Shown one piece after another: positions 52,804-62,936 of a stretch of 64,000 bases of DNA. This stretch comes from Candidatus Poribacteria bacterium (GTDB lineage: Bacteria > Poribacteria > WGA-4E > PCPOR2b): contig OZ244587.1 in NCBI GenBank assembly GCA_965218095.1, positions 4,160,001-4,224,000 of the forward strand, in the 5' to 3' direction. The position numbers were made by a program, and so were the translations under genes. The notes beneath the pieces are model-generated. The model was not told the origin of the DNA and made no database searches. It saw only the letters and a program-made list of their open reading frames with translations. Position 1 is the first letter of the stretch. Every line of letters starts with the position of its first letter.

Positions 52804-53757
52804 ATGGGACTCACACCGAGCCAAGTCGAGCAGTACCACGAGCAGGGCTACCTCAAGCTGGACAGCGTGCTCGATCCGGAAGAGGACCTCGGCCCGGTGA
52901 TCAGGGCCTACGAGGACGTGGTAGATGAACGGGCATACAAACTGTACGCTGAGGGGAAGCTCAGCTCACTTTACGAGGGCGAACACTTCGGGCGCCGGCT
53001 AGCCAAGATCGCTGCGGAGGCACCGGAGGCGACGAAAGACCTCGATATCTACAAGGTGCGCCACCCAAATATGTTCGCCTTTCTGTGCAATCCGAAGATT
53101 CACGACCTGATTGAGTCGTTGGTTGGCCCGGACATCCTGTGCCACCCCTGCCAGCACTTGCGAGCCACGGCACCGACCTCATTGCCAGAGATCACGCGGG
53201 TCACACCCTGGCACCAGGATGCGAGCGTGCTGTGGCCGGAGGCAGACGATCATCTGATCGTGACCACCTGGATCCCGCTCCGAGATGTTGCAATTGATGA
53301 GGGGTGCCTGGAGGTGATCCCTGGCAGTCACAAGTATGGTTTGGTCCGAGCGCTGGTGACCGGGGGCGCGCACAGCGTCGCCGAGAAGAAGCTGCCACCC
53401 GGGAAACCGCAGCCGCTGCCACTCAAGGCCGGGGGGATGATCCTCTTCCACAATTACACGCTCCACCATGCCCGCCCTAACACATCCGATAAGATACGGT
53501 GGAGCATGGATTTGCGCTGGCATGATGCGGCAAAGCCGACCGGCCGTCCTTATTTACCGGCATTCATCGTGCGCAGCAAGACGCGACCGGAGACGGAGCA
53601 GCATGACTACGAGCAGTGGAAGCGGCGCTGGGAGTATGCCCAGTCGGTGGCGAAGGGCGTACCGGCCAGCCGCTGGGCGGCTCTCGATAGAGGCCTCATT
53701 GATCCAACGGCCGACTACCTACCCCAACCAGACGAGGAGCCAGTGGGCGTACGATAG
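52804..53757 (+). CDS. PhyH-family dioxygenase
   Basis: YHEQGYL, PWHQD, GCLEVIPGSH, LHHARPN; AGGAG RBS. Confidence 0.9.
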   Translation: MGLTPSQVEQYHEQGYLKLDSVLDPEEDLGPVIRAYEDVVDERAYKLYAEGKLSSLYEGEHFGRRLAKIAAEAPEATKDLDIYKVRHPNMFAFLCNPKIHDLIESLVGPDILCHPCQHLRATAPTSLPEITRVTPWHQDASVLWPEADDHLIVTTWIPLRDVAIDEGCLEVIPGSHKYGLVRALVTGGAHSVAEKKLPPGKPQPLPLKAGGMILFHNYTLHHARPNTSDKIRWSMDLRWHDAAKPTGRPYLPAFIVRSKTRPETEQHDYEQWKRRWEYAQSVAKGVPASRWAALDRGLIDPTADYLPQPDEEPVGVR

Positions 53758-53882
53758 GTAGTTGTCGTTGTCAGTAGTCAGTTCTCACTATTCAGTATCC
53801 AACCCAGCGAAGGATTCTGCGTCAGAAACTTCCAATGAGCGATTGATGGCAACCCGGTATTCACATAACTCTAAATGTGCCG

Positions 53883-55415
53883 CTAGTTAGACTTTTCCCT
53901 CTCGCGCTTCCATTCCACATATTCCGGCAGCGAGGTGGCGTTCTCTTTCCACTCCTCAGGGAAGGAGGGTTTCATTCCCTCCCATTGACCTGGATCAGGA
54001 GGGTTAACCGCCTCTGTCCACTGCTTCAGGTAATTAACCCGCTCCTTCTCCTCACACATAGCAGAGGAGATCTCCTCGGGATTCCAACCATCTAATACCA
54101 AGTTCTCTAATTCCTTGCACAGGTTACGGTGCTTAGCGTCACCAGCCAAGTTGCGAAATTCGCCCGGATCTTCCTCCAGATTAAATAGCTCGGGGGCTTC
54201 GCCGTAATAGAAATTGTACTTCCACGGGCCTTTACGCACCATGCGCATGGGTTTTCCAATATATAGTTCTGAGAAAACCATCCCCTCACCCTGCTTTTCT
54301 CCCTGGATCAACCCGTGAAGGCTGGAGCCTGCCAACCCCGGAGGAGGCGGTGCGCCCGTCCAGTCGCACAAGGAGGGGAATAAGTCTACAAGGCTTATAA
54401 GGTGTTCCAATCTCTTACCTTCCGGAAACCTCCCAGGGAAGGAGACGATAAAGGGAACACGGCTCGCACCCTCGTAGAAGGTGTGTTTCCACCACATACC
54501 GTGTTCACCTGCCATTTCCCCGTGATCGGAGAAATAAAGGATCAAAGTGTTCTCTTTAAGCCTATACTTTTCCAAAGATTGGAGGAGTTGTCCGATCATC
54601 CTATCGGTGAAGGTGACCAGGCCGTAGTACGCCGTTCTGCTTCGTATCACATCTTCTTTTGGTATCAATTCAAAACCCGAGTTGTGGATTCGGTTTCTGT
54701 TGAAAGGGTGTAATGATTCAGGATGATCGCCGGGCAACAGTGCATCCCCAATCTTACCCTCATACAGTTGATAATCCTCTGGTGGACAGGTAAACCAATG
54801 ATGCGGTGACATGTAAGCAACTGCAAGACAAAAAGGACGCCTATCGTGCTGTTTGGAGCGACTCTTTAGAAATTTAAGCGCTGCATCGTTAACCACCTTA
54901 TCGAATTCTTGGTATTGGCTTCCCCCGGGCCCGGAGAAGTGGGTTATTCCGAGGCGTTGGACGATGCCATCTACCAGATAGGTTTTGTCCCCTACCTTGA
55001 CCCATCTGTCGTAGGATCTGCCCCAGTACGACTCGTTGATGTCGCCCACTAGCCTGTCCTCGAAGCCGTGCAACTGGTCCGGCCCGTGCCAATGCGCCCT
55101 GCCGTCCAGAACCACCTCGTAGCCGGCAATTCCGAGCGCATGGGCGAAAGTCGGGATGTCGGAGGCCAAAGTGGACTTGTTGTCCCAACACCTTATATCG
55201 TAGGGATACCGTCCGGTAAAAAAAGACTGGCGCGACGGACCACAAACTGGATAGGAACAGTAGGCTCTCTCAAAAAGCACTCCATCCGAGGCCAACCTAT
55301 CTAGATTCGGCGTTTTAACGATAGGGTCACCGTAGCAACCCGTGATAGAGGCGTTGTGCTGGTCGGAGATAATCATTAGAATATCTGGTTTTTTATCATC
55401 TTTTGACACAGCCAT
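53883..55415 (-). CDS. Cys-type sulfatase (choline sulfatase-like)
   Basis: IISDQH, CGPSR, SDHGEMAGEHG, YEGASRVP. Confidence 0.92.
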   Translation of the reverse strand: MAVSKDDKKPDILMIISDQHNASITGCYGDPIVKTPNLDRLASDGVLFERAYCSYPVCGPSRQSFFTGRYPYDIRCWDNKSTLASDIPTFAHALGIAGYEVVLDGRAHWHGPDQLHGFEDRLVGDINESYWGRSYDRWVKVGDKTYLVDGIVQRLGITHFSGPGGSQYQEFDKVVNDAALKFLKSRSKQHDRRPFCLAVAYMSPHHWFTCPPEDYQLYEGKIGDALLPGDHPESLHPFNRNRIHNSGFELIPKEDVIRSRTAYYGLVTFTDRMIGQLLQSLEKYRLKENTLILYFSDHGEMAGEHGMWWKHTFYEGASRVPFIVSFPGRFPEGKRLEHLISLVDLFPSLCDWTGAPPPPGLAGSSLHGLIQGEKQGEGMVFSELYIGKPMRMVRKGPWKYNFYYGEAPELFNLEEDPGEFRNLAGDAKHRNLCKELENLVLDGWNPEEISSAMCEEKERVNYLKQWTEAVNPPDPGQWEGMKPSFPEEWKENATSLPEYVEWKREREKSN

Positions 55416-55479
55416 TGCGAGCAGATACCCCCTATTAAAATTGAGAAACTTTGTTTTGAGCGTGGTAGAGTAAATAGAA

Positions 55480-55645
55480 TTATCCTCTCCATATGCGGTT
55501 CTAACCCTAGCCCGGGAATCCCGGGTACGGTCACCCATTCGTTCACCGGGCCCGGGGTATCTTTGAAAACGACGGCGGCGAGCTTCCAGCCCTGCCAGTG
55601 GAATTCGACATGGCTGCCATTAGCGACTCCGGCCTGGAGATGCAT
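55480..55645 (-). pseudogene. Mandelate racemase/enolase-superfamily C-terminal fragment
   Basis: HLQAGVAN...VEFH...VPGIPGLGLEP. Confidence 0.55.
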
Positions 55646-55647
55646 AT

Positions 55648-56823
55648 TTATGATAAAACGTGTTGCTTTAGCACCTCCAACAAGCGGTGAACTTCATCCT
55701 CACTGTTGAATGCAGCTAGGGAAATACGCATGGCTTTTGGCTCTGGCTGAAACTTGACGATAACCTGCTCCTTCATTGACTTGGCGATCAAGTCCCGTAG
55801 TTTCGGCTCATCGTAGCCTTCAAAGGCCAAGGTCACAAGGCCCGTGCCGCGGCCCGGTTCAGTCGGTGAAACGATCCGCACCCCGGGCCAGTCTCCTACT
55901 TCCCTGAACAGGATACCCACCAACCGTGCGGCATGAGCCTCAATCCGGTCCAGCCCCAAACCGTTAACGATCTCCAGCGTCCGATTCATGCCGATGCGTA
56001 TGGCTAAATCGCTCGTTCCCTGCTCCACTCTTGTTTCCGCCGTGATGGGTGGGTGTGGATCTTCAGGCTTAAGCCAGGGATGATAATCGGGGATAAAGTC
56101 AGGTCGGAAATCGAAAATTCGTTCAGAAGAAACATACATAAAACCCAGTCCCTTAGTTCCCAAAAGCCACTTATGACAGGATCCTATGAAGAAATCACAG
56201 TTCAAGGCTGATACGTCAATTGGGTATTGTCCGACGGACTGAGCGCCATCCACCATCACGGGCACACCACGGGTATGGGCAATAGAAGTTGCCTCAGCTA
56301 TGGGTAGGCGACGTCCGTCCATGGTGGAGACTTGACTCAGACACACAAGACGGGTCCGATCTGTCAAAGTTTTAGAAAGGGCGGTCAGAAGCGCATCATC
56401 TCCATCTTCGGCAGGTATAATATTGACGTGGACGCCGTAGTGCTTCTCCAGGACCTGGCAAGCCCCCTGAGTACTTACGTGCTCCACCGAGGAGACAATA
56501 AACTCGTCACTAGGCTGCCAGCGAATACCGTGAAAAACTTTGTGCATCGCCTGGGATGTGTTTGGCGTCCAAGCTAATTCCTCAACTTTGATATTGAGGA
56601 AATGGGCCAATTTCCCCTTAGCTGAACTCAATTGCTCATTCAACACTTCACGCGCTTGGGGCACAGAAAGCCCGTTATGGTTGAGAAACAACAGTGTATC
56701 ATAAAACCTCTTTGTTACCGAATCGGGAGTAGGGCCGTGACTTCCGGTTTGAAAATAGGCCACTTTTTCGGTTAGGGGCAGCTCTCTCCGCAACTGCTCA
56801 AAGGTCATTGTGTTTGGACTCAC
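55648..56823 (-). CDS. Class V PLP aminotransferase (cysteine desulfurase/isopenicillin N epimerase-like)
   Basis: VDGAQSVG, SCHKWLLG, RISLAAFN; GTG start after GAGG. Confidence 0.88.
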   Translation of the reverse strand: MSPNTMTFEQLRRELPLTEKVAYFQTGSHGPTPDSVTKRFYDTLLFLNHNGLSVPQAREVLNEQLSSAKGKLAHFLNIKVEELAWTPNTSQAMHKVFHGIRWQPSDEFIVSSVEHVSTQGACQVLEKHYGVHVNIIPAEDGDDALLTALSKTLTDRTRLVCLSQVSTMDGRRLPIAEATSIAHTRGVPVMVDGAQSVGQYPIDVSALNCDFFIGSCHKWLLGTKGLGFMYVSSERIFDFRPDFIPDYHPWLKPEDPHPPITAETRVEQGTSDLAIRIGMNRTLEIVNGLGLDRIEAHAARLVGILFREVGDWPGVRIVSPTEPGRGTGLVTLAFEGYDEPKLRDLIAKSMKEQVIVKFQPEPKAMRISLAAFNSEDEVHRLLEVLKQHVLS

Positions 56824-56975
56824 GTAGTTATCTCCCTCGAATGAAATCTTATACTCAGTCTGAATCAACCGGCTGCTAATACGAAGACGGTATTGGCTAT
56901 CACTGATCCTTGGAAAGCGGTTATCCACCTGGTGGCCGGATGCACAGCAATCGGGTGGAAGATCGTTCCAGCAAT

Positions 56976-57179
56976 TCAAAAATTGTCTGCTCTATCATTT
57001 TTCTTCCTCCGCCGCATCCGCTTCTTTGTGCGGTCTAACAGCTTGGGTAAATCATTCATGACACACTGGCGAACGACATCCGCCCGTGAACATTCCAACA
57101 CCTCCGATGCTGCGTCTAAACGTCTGATGTCTGTGGGCTTGAACGGGACAGATATTTGATGCGTATATCGTGCCTTCAT
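56976..57179 (-). CDS. Small ribbon-helix-helix (CopG-like) DNA-binding protein
   Basis: QISVPF...RLDAASEVLECSRADVVRQCV; divergent from hsdM. Confidence 0.6.
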   Translation of the reverse strand: MKARYTHQISVPFKPTDIRRLDAASEVLECSRADVVRQCVMNDLPKLLDRTKKRMRRRKKNDRADNF

Positions 57180-57289
57180 AAACGGTGGCTCTCCCTTTCA
57201 TATAAGGTTTTGAGTCTCTCAATTTCCAATCCCTCAATGATAACACTTCTGCCTAAAAAAGTCAATGGAAAAGTATCATAATTTAACCG

Positions 57290-57319
57290 TTGACAACACC
57301 CTTTCCTGTCGTGTATAAT
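57290..57319 (+). promoter_or_regulatory. Consensus sigma70 promoter of the type I R-M operon
   Basis: TTGACA-N18-TATAAT. Confidence 0.7.
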
Positions 57320-57457
57320 ACCACAAATCAGGATTTGCAAGGTTGTTTATTTTCATGTCTGCCGCGCTGGTCGCGGCTCAAACGTGTGTGAATTTACACG
57401 CCAAATCATACGACCTTCCCAGCAAAGATCGAGGTTGCTGCGATCGGAGGTGACAAT

Positions 57458-59020
57458 TTGAGTACAATCCAGAATGACATCGAAAATCGCCTGTGGGCGA
57501 TGGCAGATGAACTGAGAGCAAACTCACGGCTCAGGGCGTCTGAGTATTCAACGCCGGTGTTGGGGCTTATCTTCCTGCGATATGCCGATCAGCGGTTCAC
57601 TCAGGCGGAGCAGGAAATCAGCGGAACGGTATCCAGTAGAAGGCGGAGCAGCGGCGCAGACAAGATAGAATATCAAGCGCGCGGTGTATTCTACCTTCCA
57701 GAGGAAGCACGATTTCAGCACCTGTTAAATCTGCCGGAGCATGAAAACATCGGTCAAGCTATCAACGATGCGATGAAGGCGGTTGAGGCAGAAAACAGAC
57801 AACTTGATGGCGTCCTGCCCAAGACCTACAACCGACTCGAAAAGAATACCCTCATCGAACTCCTCCGCCTCATGGAACAGATTCAGATGAACATCGAAGG
57901 CGATGCGTTTGGGAAAGTCTACGAGTATTTCTTGGGTAACTTTGCCATGACCGAAGGGCAACGGGGCGGCGAGTTCTTCACACCGACCTCGCTCGTTAAG
58001 CTGATCGTCGAGATTCTCCAACCGTTTCAAGGACGGATTCTTGACCCCGCGTGCGGTTCCGGCGGTATGTTTGTCCAAAGCGCTGAGTTTATCCATAACC
58101 ACCAGAAGAATGGGAACAGTCAGATCAGCATTTACGGAACTGAGCGGGTCGCGGAGACCATCAGGCTGTGCAAGATGAACCTCGCCGTGCATGGACTCGA
58201 AGGCGATATACGGCAAGCCAACAGCTACTATGAAGACCCCCATCGGTGCGTCGGGCGATTCGACTTTGTGATGGCAAATCCGCCCTTCAACGTCGACCGG
58301 GTAGATAGGGAACGCATCAAAGATGCCCCACGATTCCCGTTCGGTATGCCCCGCGTGGATAACGCCAACTATCTTTGGATTGAATTGTTCTACAGTTCCC
58401 TTTCCGAGTTGGGACGAGCAGGCTTTGTGATGGCGAACTCCGCCGCCGATGCCCGCGCCTCTGAATTGGAAATCCGCAGACAGATTATCGAATCCCGGGC
58501 AGTTGATGTGATGGTCAGCATCGGGTCAAACTTCTTTTACACCGTCACACTGCCCTGCACCCTCTGGTTCTTCGACAAGTCGAAACGTCAGAGCGAACGG
58601 GCGGATCAGGTACTCTTCATTGATGCCCGTCATATTTACCAGCAGGTCAGTCGGGCGCATCGGGAGTTTACACCGCAGCAGATTGAGTTCTTGTCAAACA
58701 TTGCAAGACTGTATCGGGACGAAACCCCCGAAAACCAGCACGATAGCGCGGACTTCATGGCGACGAAATTCCCCGATGGAAAATACATTGATGTGCCCGG
58801 TCTCTGCAAAGTGGCAACAATTGCGGAAATCGAAGCGCAAGGGTGGAGTCTCAATCCGGGTCGGTATGTCGGGGTCGCGGATCGGGAGGCGGATGCGTTT
58901 GACTTTTCGGACCGTCTGGAAGGGCTCAACGAGGAGTTAGAAGTTCTGAACGCCGAGGCGCATCAGTTGGAGGAACAGATTTCCGAGAATGTGGTGAGAA
59001 TTTTGGAGGAGGCGGTGTAA
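57458..59020 (+). CDS. hsdM: Type I R-M methyltransferase subunit
   Basis: [35 protein letters not shown]. Confidence 0.95.
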   Translation: MSTIQNDIENRLWAMADELRANSRLRASEYSTPVLGLIFLRYADQRFTQAEQEISGTVSSRRRSSGADKIEYQARGVFYLPEEARFQHLLNLPEHENIGQAINDAMKAVEAENRQLDGVLPKTYNRLEKNTLIELLRLMEQIQMNIEGDAFGKVYEYFLGNFAMTEGQRGGEFFTPTSLVKLIVEILQPFQGRILDPACGSGGMFVQSAEFIHNHQKNGNSQISIYGTERVAETIRLCKMNLAVHGLEGDIRQANSYYEDPHRCVGRFDFVMANPPFNVDRVDRERIKDAPRFPFGMPRVDNANYLWIELFYSSLSELGRAGFVMANSAADARASELEIRRQIIESRAVDVMVSIGSNFFYTVTLPCTLWFFDKSKRQSERADQVLFIDARHIYQQVSRAHREFTPQQIEFLSNIARLYRDETPENQHDSADFMATKFPDGKYIDVPGLCKVATIAEIEAQGWSLNPGRYVGVADREADAFDFSDRLEGLNEELEVLNAEAHQLEEQISENVVRILEEAV

Positions 59021-59022
59021 AT

Positions 59023-59718
59023 TGTCTGAATCAGGATTATCAGGCTTCTTAGTCCCGATGCTTCATCGGGGACGGAAGGATTTTCAGGATGATAGATGAT
59101 AAATTGACGTATCAAATTATCGGTTGCGCGATAGAGGTGCATAGGACACTTGGGAATGGCTTTCAGGAGGTGATTTATCAGAGGTGTCTTGCTCTTGAGT
59201 TGGAAAGGGTGGGACTCAGTTTTGGTCGGGAGGTGGAGCAGCCTATTTTTTATCGGGGCGTTGAAGTGGGAACTAGACGCGCCGATTTTATTGTAGCCAA
59301 TCAAGTCGTTGTTGAATTAAAAGCCTTGACTGCCCTTGAGGACGTTCATATCGCACAAGCTAAAAACTATCTGGTGGCTTACGACTTTGAAATCGGTCTG
59401 TTGATCAATTTCGGGGCAAGCAGTTTGGAATACAAGCGCATATTCAACGATAAAAAGAATCCCGTAAATCCCGGTGCAAATAGGAAGTAGCACGGAGTCA
59501 ATTGTCAGAATCAGGATTCTCAGGATGGAAGGATTTTCAGGATAGTGAATGTCAACGGATAGAGTTAATCCTGTAAATCCTAAAATCCAGTAAATCCAGA
59601 TTCAGACAGAATGCGGAGTCAATTGTCAGAATCAGGATTCTCAGGATAACAAATGCCAACGGATAGAATCAATCCTGTAAATCCTAAAATCCAGTAAATC
59701 CAGATTCAGACAGAATGC
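59023..59718. repeat. Nonamer-based inverted-repeat elements: one flanking the GxxExxY gene plus two gene-less tandem copies (about 59493-59613 and 59614-59718)
   Basis: Left arms TGTCWGAATCAGGATT...CAGGAT; right arms ATCCTGTAAATCCTAAAATCCAGTAAATCCAGATTCAGACA. Confidence 0.85.
59089..59490 (+). CDS. GxxExxY protein (PD-(D/E)xK nuclease fold)
   Basis: IIGCAIEVHRTLGNGFQEVIYQ, RADFIV, VVELKA, GLLINFG. Confidence 0.93.
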   Translation: MIDDKLTYQIIGCAIEVHRTLGNGFQEVIYQRCLALELERVGLSFGREVEQPIFYRGVEVGTRRADFIVANQVVVELKALTALEDVHIAQAKNYLVAYDFEIGLLINFGASSLEYKRIFNDKKNPVNPGANRK

Positions 59719-59742
59719 GGCGATAATTTTGGAGGACACGGT

Positions 59743-60984
59743 GTGATTGACAGATTACCTTATGGGTGGGAGATTGTTCAGATTGGACAAGTCGCTGATT
59801 TCATAAATGGTTATTCCCAATTCAATAGTAAATCATATGTTGATAATGGAATTCCGATATTTCGCATTGGAGATCTTGGCGGGCAAGTTGATCTGTCAGG
59901 TGTAAAACGTGTTTCCAAGGACGTTGTGCCAAATCTTAATCAAAAACGCCTTTTTCGAGGAGACATACTGATAGCAAAAATTGGAAAAAGAGTGGGTGCG
60001 TCTTCGGTTTACAATTTCGATGAGCCAGCAATTCTAAGTTCACAAGTAGCAGGAGTCCGGGCCAAAAGAATTGAACAGAAATTTTTAGCCTGTTTTATTG
60101 AGTCGCCCTTCTTTTACGATGCAATCAAGCCTCATTTCTTTGGTTCGACAAGAGACAATATCAGCCCAAACCAAATTAGATTGACCTCAATTCCGTTTCC
60201 CCCTCTCCCCACCCAACGCAAAATTGCCGCAGTCCTCAGTCCCTACGACGACCTGATCGAGAACAACACCCGCCGCATCAAAATCCTTGAGGAGATGGCG
60301 GGTACAATCTACCGACAATGGTTTGTCGAATTCCGCTTTCCGGGACATGAGAAGGTGCCGATGGTAGAGTCGGAGTTGGGGTTGATACCGCAGGGGTGGG
60401 AGGTAGGAAAACTCGGAGATTTGGCTGAATCCGTCAGGCGAAATATCAAGCCAAGTGATATGAATCAGGAAACACCCTATTTCGGTCTAGAACATCTACC
60501 TCGAAAATCAATTGCCCTTTCAAATTGGGACTCTGTGGATTCAATTAACAGCACAAAGTTGGCATTCAAAAAAGGTGAGATTCTTTTCGGTAAGATTCGT
60601 CCCTATTTTCATAAAGTTGGTGTTGCCCCATTAGACGGCATTTGTTCATCAGACACAATCGTGATACGCCCCAAAAGAAACGAATGCTTTGCAATAACCC
60701 TTTCCTACGTTTCCAGTGAGCACTTTATTGAGTATGCAACGACAACCTCACAAGGTACGAAGATGCCAAGAGCCGATTGGAAAGTGCTAGTTAAATATCC
60801 GGTTGTAATCCCACCAGACCAAATCACCCAACGTTTCAGTGGTTTCCTTCGAGATGTAATTGACAAAATCCAGAATCTAATTTTTCGGAACAGAAACCTC
60901 CGCCAAACCCGCGATCTTCTTCTCCCCAAACTGATCTCCGGCAAGATTGACGTATCCGACCTCGATATTGACATCAATTTATGA
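59743..60984 (+). CDS. hsdS: Type I R-M specificity subunit
   Basis: Two TRDs; LPYGWE/IPQGWE, PPLPTQRKIA, RDLLLPKLISG. Confidence 0.93.
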   Translation: MIDRLPYGWEIVQIGQVADFINGYSQFNSKSYVDNGIPIFRIGDLGGQVDLSGVKRVSKDVVPNLNQKRLFRGDILIAKIGKRVGASSVYNFDEPAILSSQVAGVRAKRIEQKFLACFIESPFFYDAIKPHFFGSTRDNISPNQIRLTSIPFPPLPTQRKIAAVLSPYDDLIENNTRRIKILEEMAGTIYRQWFVEFRFPGHEKVPMVESELGLIPQGWEVGKLGDLAESVRRNIKPSDMNQETPYFGLEHLPRKSIALSNWDSVDSINSTKLAFKKGEILFGKIRPYFHKVGVAPLDGICSSDTIVIRPKRNECFAITLSYVSSEHFIEYATTTSQGTKMPRADWKVLVKYPVVIPPDQITQRFSGFLRDVIDKIQNLIFRNRNLRQTRDLLLPKLISGKIDVSDLDIDINL

Positions 60985-61046
60985 TACAAACATTTTGTTG
61001 TCTCGTATCGGTTGGAGAGGTATCTTCTATTATTAGGACTACAAAC

Positions 61047-62801
61047 ATGAATCGACAAGACCGAATACGAACTGGGAATTGGGACATATTTCGCGTCCTT
61101 ACAGCGACTCAGGTTGGTTATCCAGATTCAGAAGAACATCTAACGCAAATTCTACGCTCATTCAATTACAGGGACATTTTGATAATCCTAGCAAGAATCA
61201 ACCTTCTTCTCCAGCGCAGGGATCCCTCCGAGACAGAGGAGATTCTTCGGAAAAATTTCTGTGCGCCAGTTTTGCTGAATGCGATCAACCTTTCTAGAGA
61301 ACTGAAGGGAAATATCATCTTCAATAGGGAGTCAACTCTTCACTTGTTGCACAAAAGTGCTAGCATTTCTGACCCACGTTCCAACCGCGTTCCGGATGCT
61401 ACAGCCAATGCGATGTACGAGTTAGCGAAATGCTATCTAATCGCTAACGAGCTCATTGGCACGCACACCCCTGATTTCGGAAGGAATTTAACGGAGGAAC
61501 AAAGGAAAGAATTATTGGCTGCATTGATTCCGGCTTCGGAGTACGCTATAAATCCGTCCCCTTGGCCTCACATTAAGAATACACTGGTTCGGTCTAAGGA
61601 ATTCTTGGCACGTCTTCAGGATGCAGCCTTGACATTCGACCTAAGCGAAACTTTTTCTCAGGCGACTGGCTTGACCCTACAGGAGTACCAATATCTCATT
61701 TTTAGCATATTGAGTGTATCCTCGAACTTTTCGCCAGAGGAAATTTTGGAAGGAAAAGTGTTATTCGTTGATACAAAGCCATCTCCAGCCCTTACACTGT
61801 TGTACGATAAATTGCTCCAACATGCCTGCATTTCAATTGACGAACTCGCGGCTCAAGCGAAAGCAATACCTTCCTTGTCCAACGAATTCCGTTTATGGCG
61901 CAAGTATCCGCTTGTAAAAATAGACGAAAATCATATTATGTGCATTGACATCGGTTTCCTCTTGGAAAAACTTGAAACTGGGGTGTTTTGGATTATCCGT
62001 GACAAACTGGAAAAAGCGAAAACCGGCAAAGGTGAAGAAATTATTGGTTTACGGGGACAGGTTTTTGAGGATTATGCCGCGTCGATAATTAGGCGTGTAA
62101 TCAATGCTCAAACGCCATCTAATATGGAGGGTTACATTATTGGACCAAAATACGATCGGAACAGGGGGGAGTGCACCGATATTGCAGTCTGTGGTGACGA
62201 TGCCCTCATCCTATTAGAGTGCAAAGCCCCCCTCTTATCTGCCAAAACTAAGTTTAGCGGTGATTTTCGCAAATTTTATAATGAACTCAAGGATAAAATC
62301 ATTGAGGGAAAAGACACAAAGAGAAGAAAAGGCATAAAGCAGTTGTGGAATGCGATTCAAACTTTGGGCCACACCAACAAAAAGAAAAGAGGTAAGGTTG
62401 AAGGAATAGATATTTCCAAAGTAAAAAAAATCTACCCTGTTCTGATTCTTTCTGATCGCGTCTTCTCTTTTCCGTTGATGAACAGGTTTTTGGATTCTGA
62501 ATTCCAACGCTTTGTGAAGCACAGTAACCTGAAAAAACATTTGGAAATTATGCCCCTGACAGTGTTAACGATAGCAGATCTTGAATCCCTAGAACCGTAT
62601 CTTAGTGATACACCGCTCCATGTTCACTTGTACCAATGGATGACACAGATCTTTTTAGATAACAAGTCTTACCCATTCAGCCAGTATTTACGTTTGTTGA
62701 GGAAGAGGGAAGTACGTCAAAACAGATACATGGAGCAGGAAATTAAGCGGATGCATGCTGACATGGAGGAGTGTTTTTCCTCATGGGGTATTGTTGATTG
62801 A
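61047..62801 (+). CDS. Uncharacterised ~584-aa protein with C-terminal PD-(D/E)xK (NERD-like) nuclease motif
   Basis: GQVFEDY...ECTDIAV...LLECKA, GIKQL, IYPVLI; sits between hsdS and hsdR. Confidence 0.7.
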   Translation: MNRQDRIRTGNWDIFRVLTATQVGYPDSEEHLTQILRSFNYRDILIILARINLLLQRRDPSETEEILRKNFCAPVLLNAINLSRELKGNIIFNRESTLHLLHKSASISDPRSNRVPDATANAMYELAKCYLIANELIGTHTPDFGRNLTEEQRKELLAALIPASEYAINPSPWPHIKNTLVRSKEFLARLQDAALTFDLSETFSQATGLTLQEYQYLIFSILSVSSNFSPEEILEGKVLFVDTKPSPALTLLYDKLLQHACISIDELAAQAKAIPSLSNEFRLWRKYPLVKIDENHIMCIDIGFLLEKLETGVFWIIRDKLEKAKTGKGEEIIGLRGQVFEDYAASIIRRVINAQTPSNMEGYIIGPKYDRNRGECTDIAVCGDDALILLECKAPLLSAKTKFSGDFRKFYNELKDKIIEGKDTKRRKGIKQLWNAIQTLGHTNKKKRGKVEGIDISKVKKIYPVLILSDRVFSFPLMNRFLDSEFQRFVKHSNLKKHLEIMPLTVLTIADLESLEPYLSDTPLHVHLYQWMTQIFLDNKSYPFSQYLRLLRKREVRQNRYMEQEIKRMHADMEECFSSWGIVD

Positions 62802-62936
62802 TAAATCTATAAACTGCAAACCGAAATAAACAAACGATGAGCGAAAATCCGATGATTGGAGGATGAGGCACAGCGAAAATATCCCTCGTCGGGCGTGGAA
62901 CGACTCAGAAAAATAAAAGTTGATAGCTGGTGAATC

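Noticed and set aside
59493-59718. Tandem units as a CRISPR array
   Set aside because: Only two units of over 100 bp, internally inverted, with similar rather than unique loops; no cas genes
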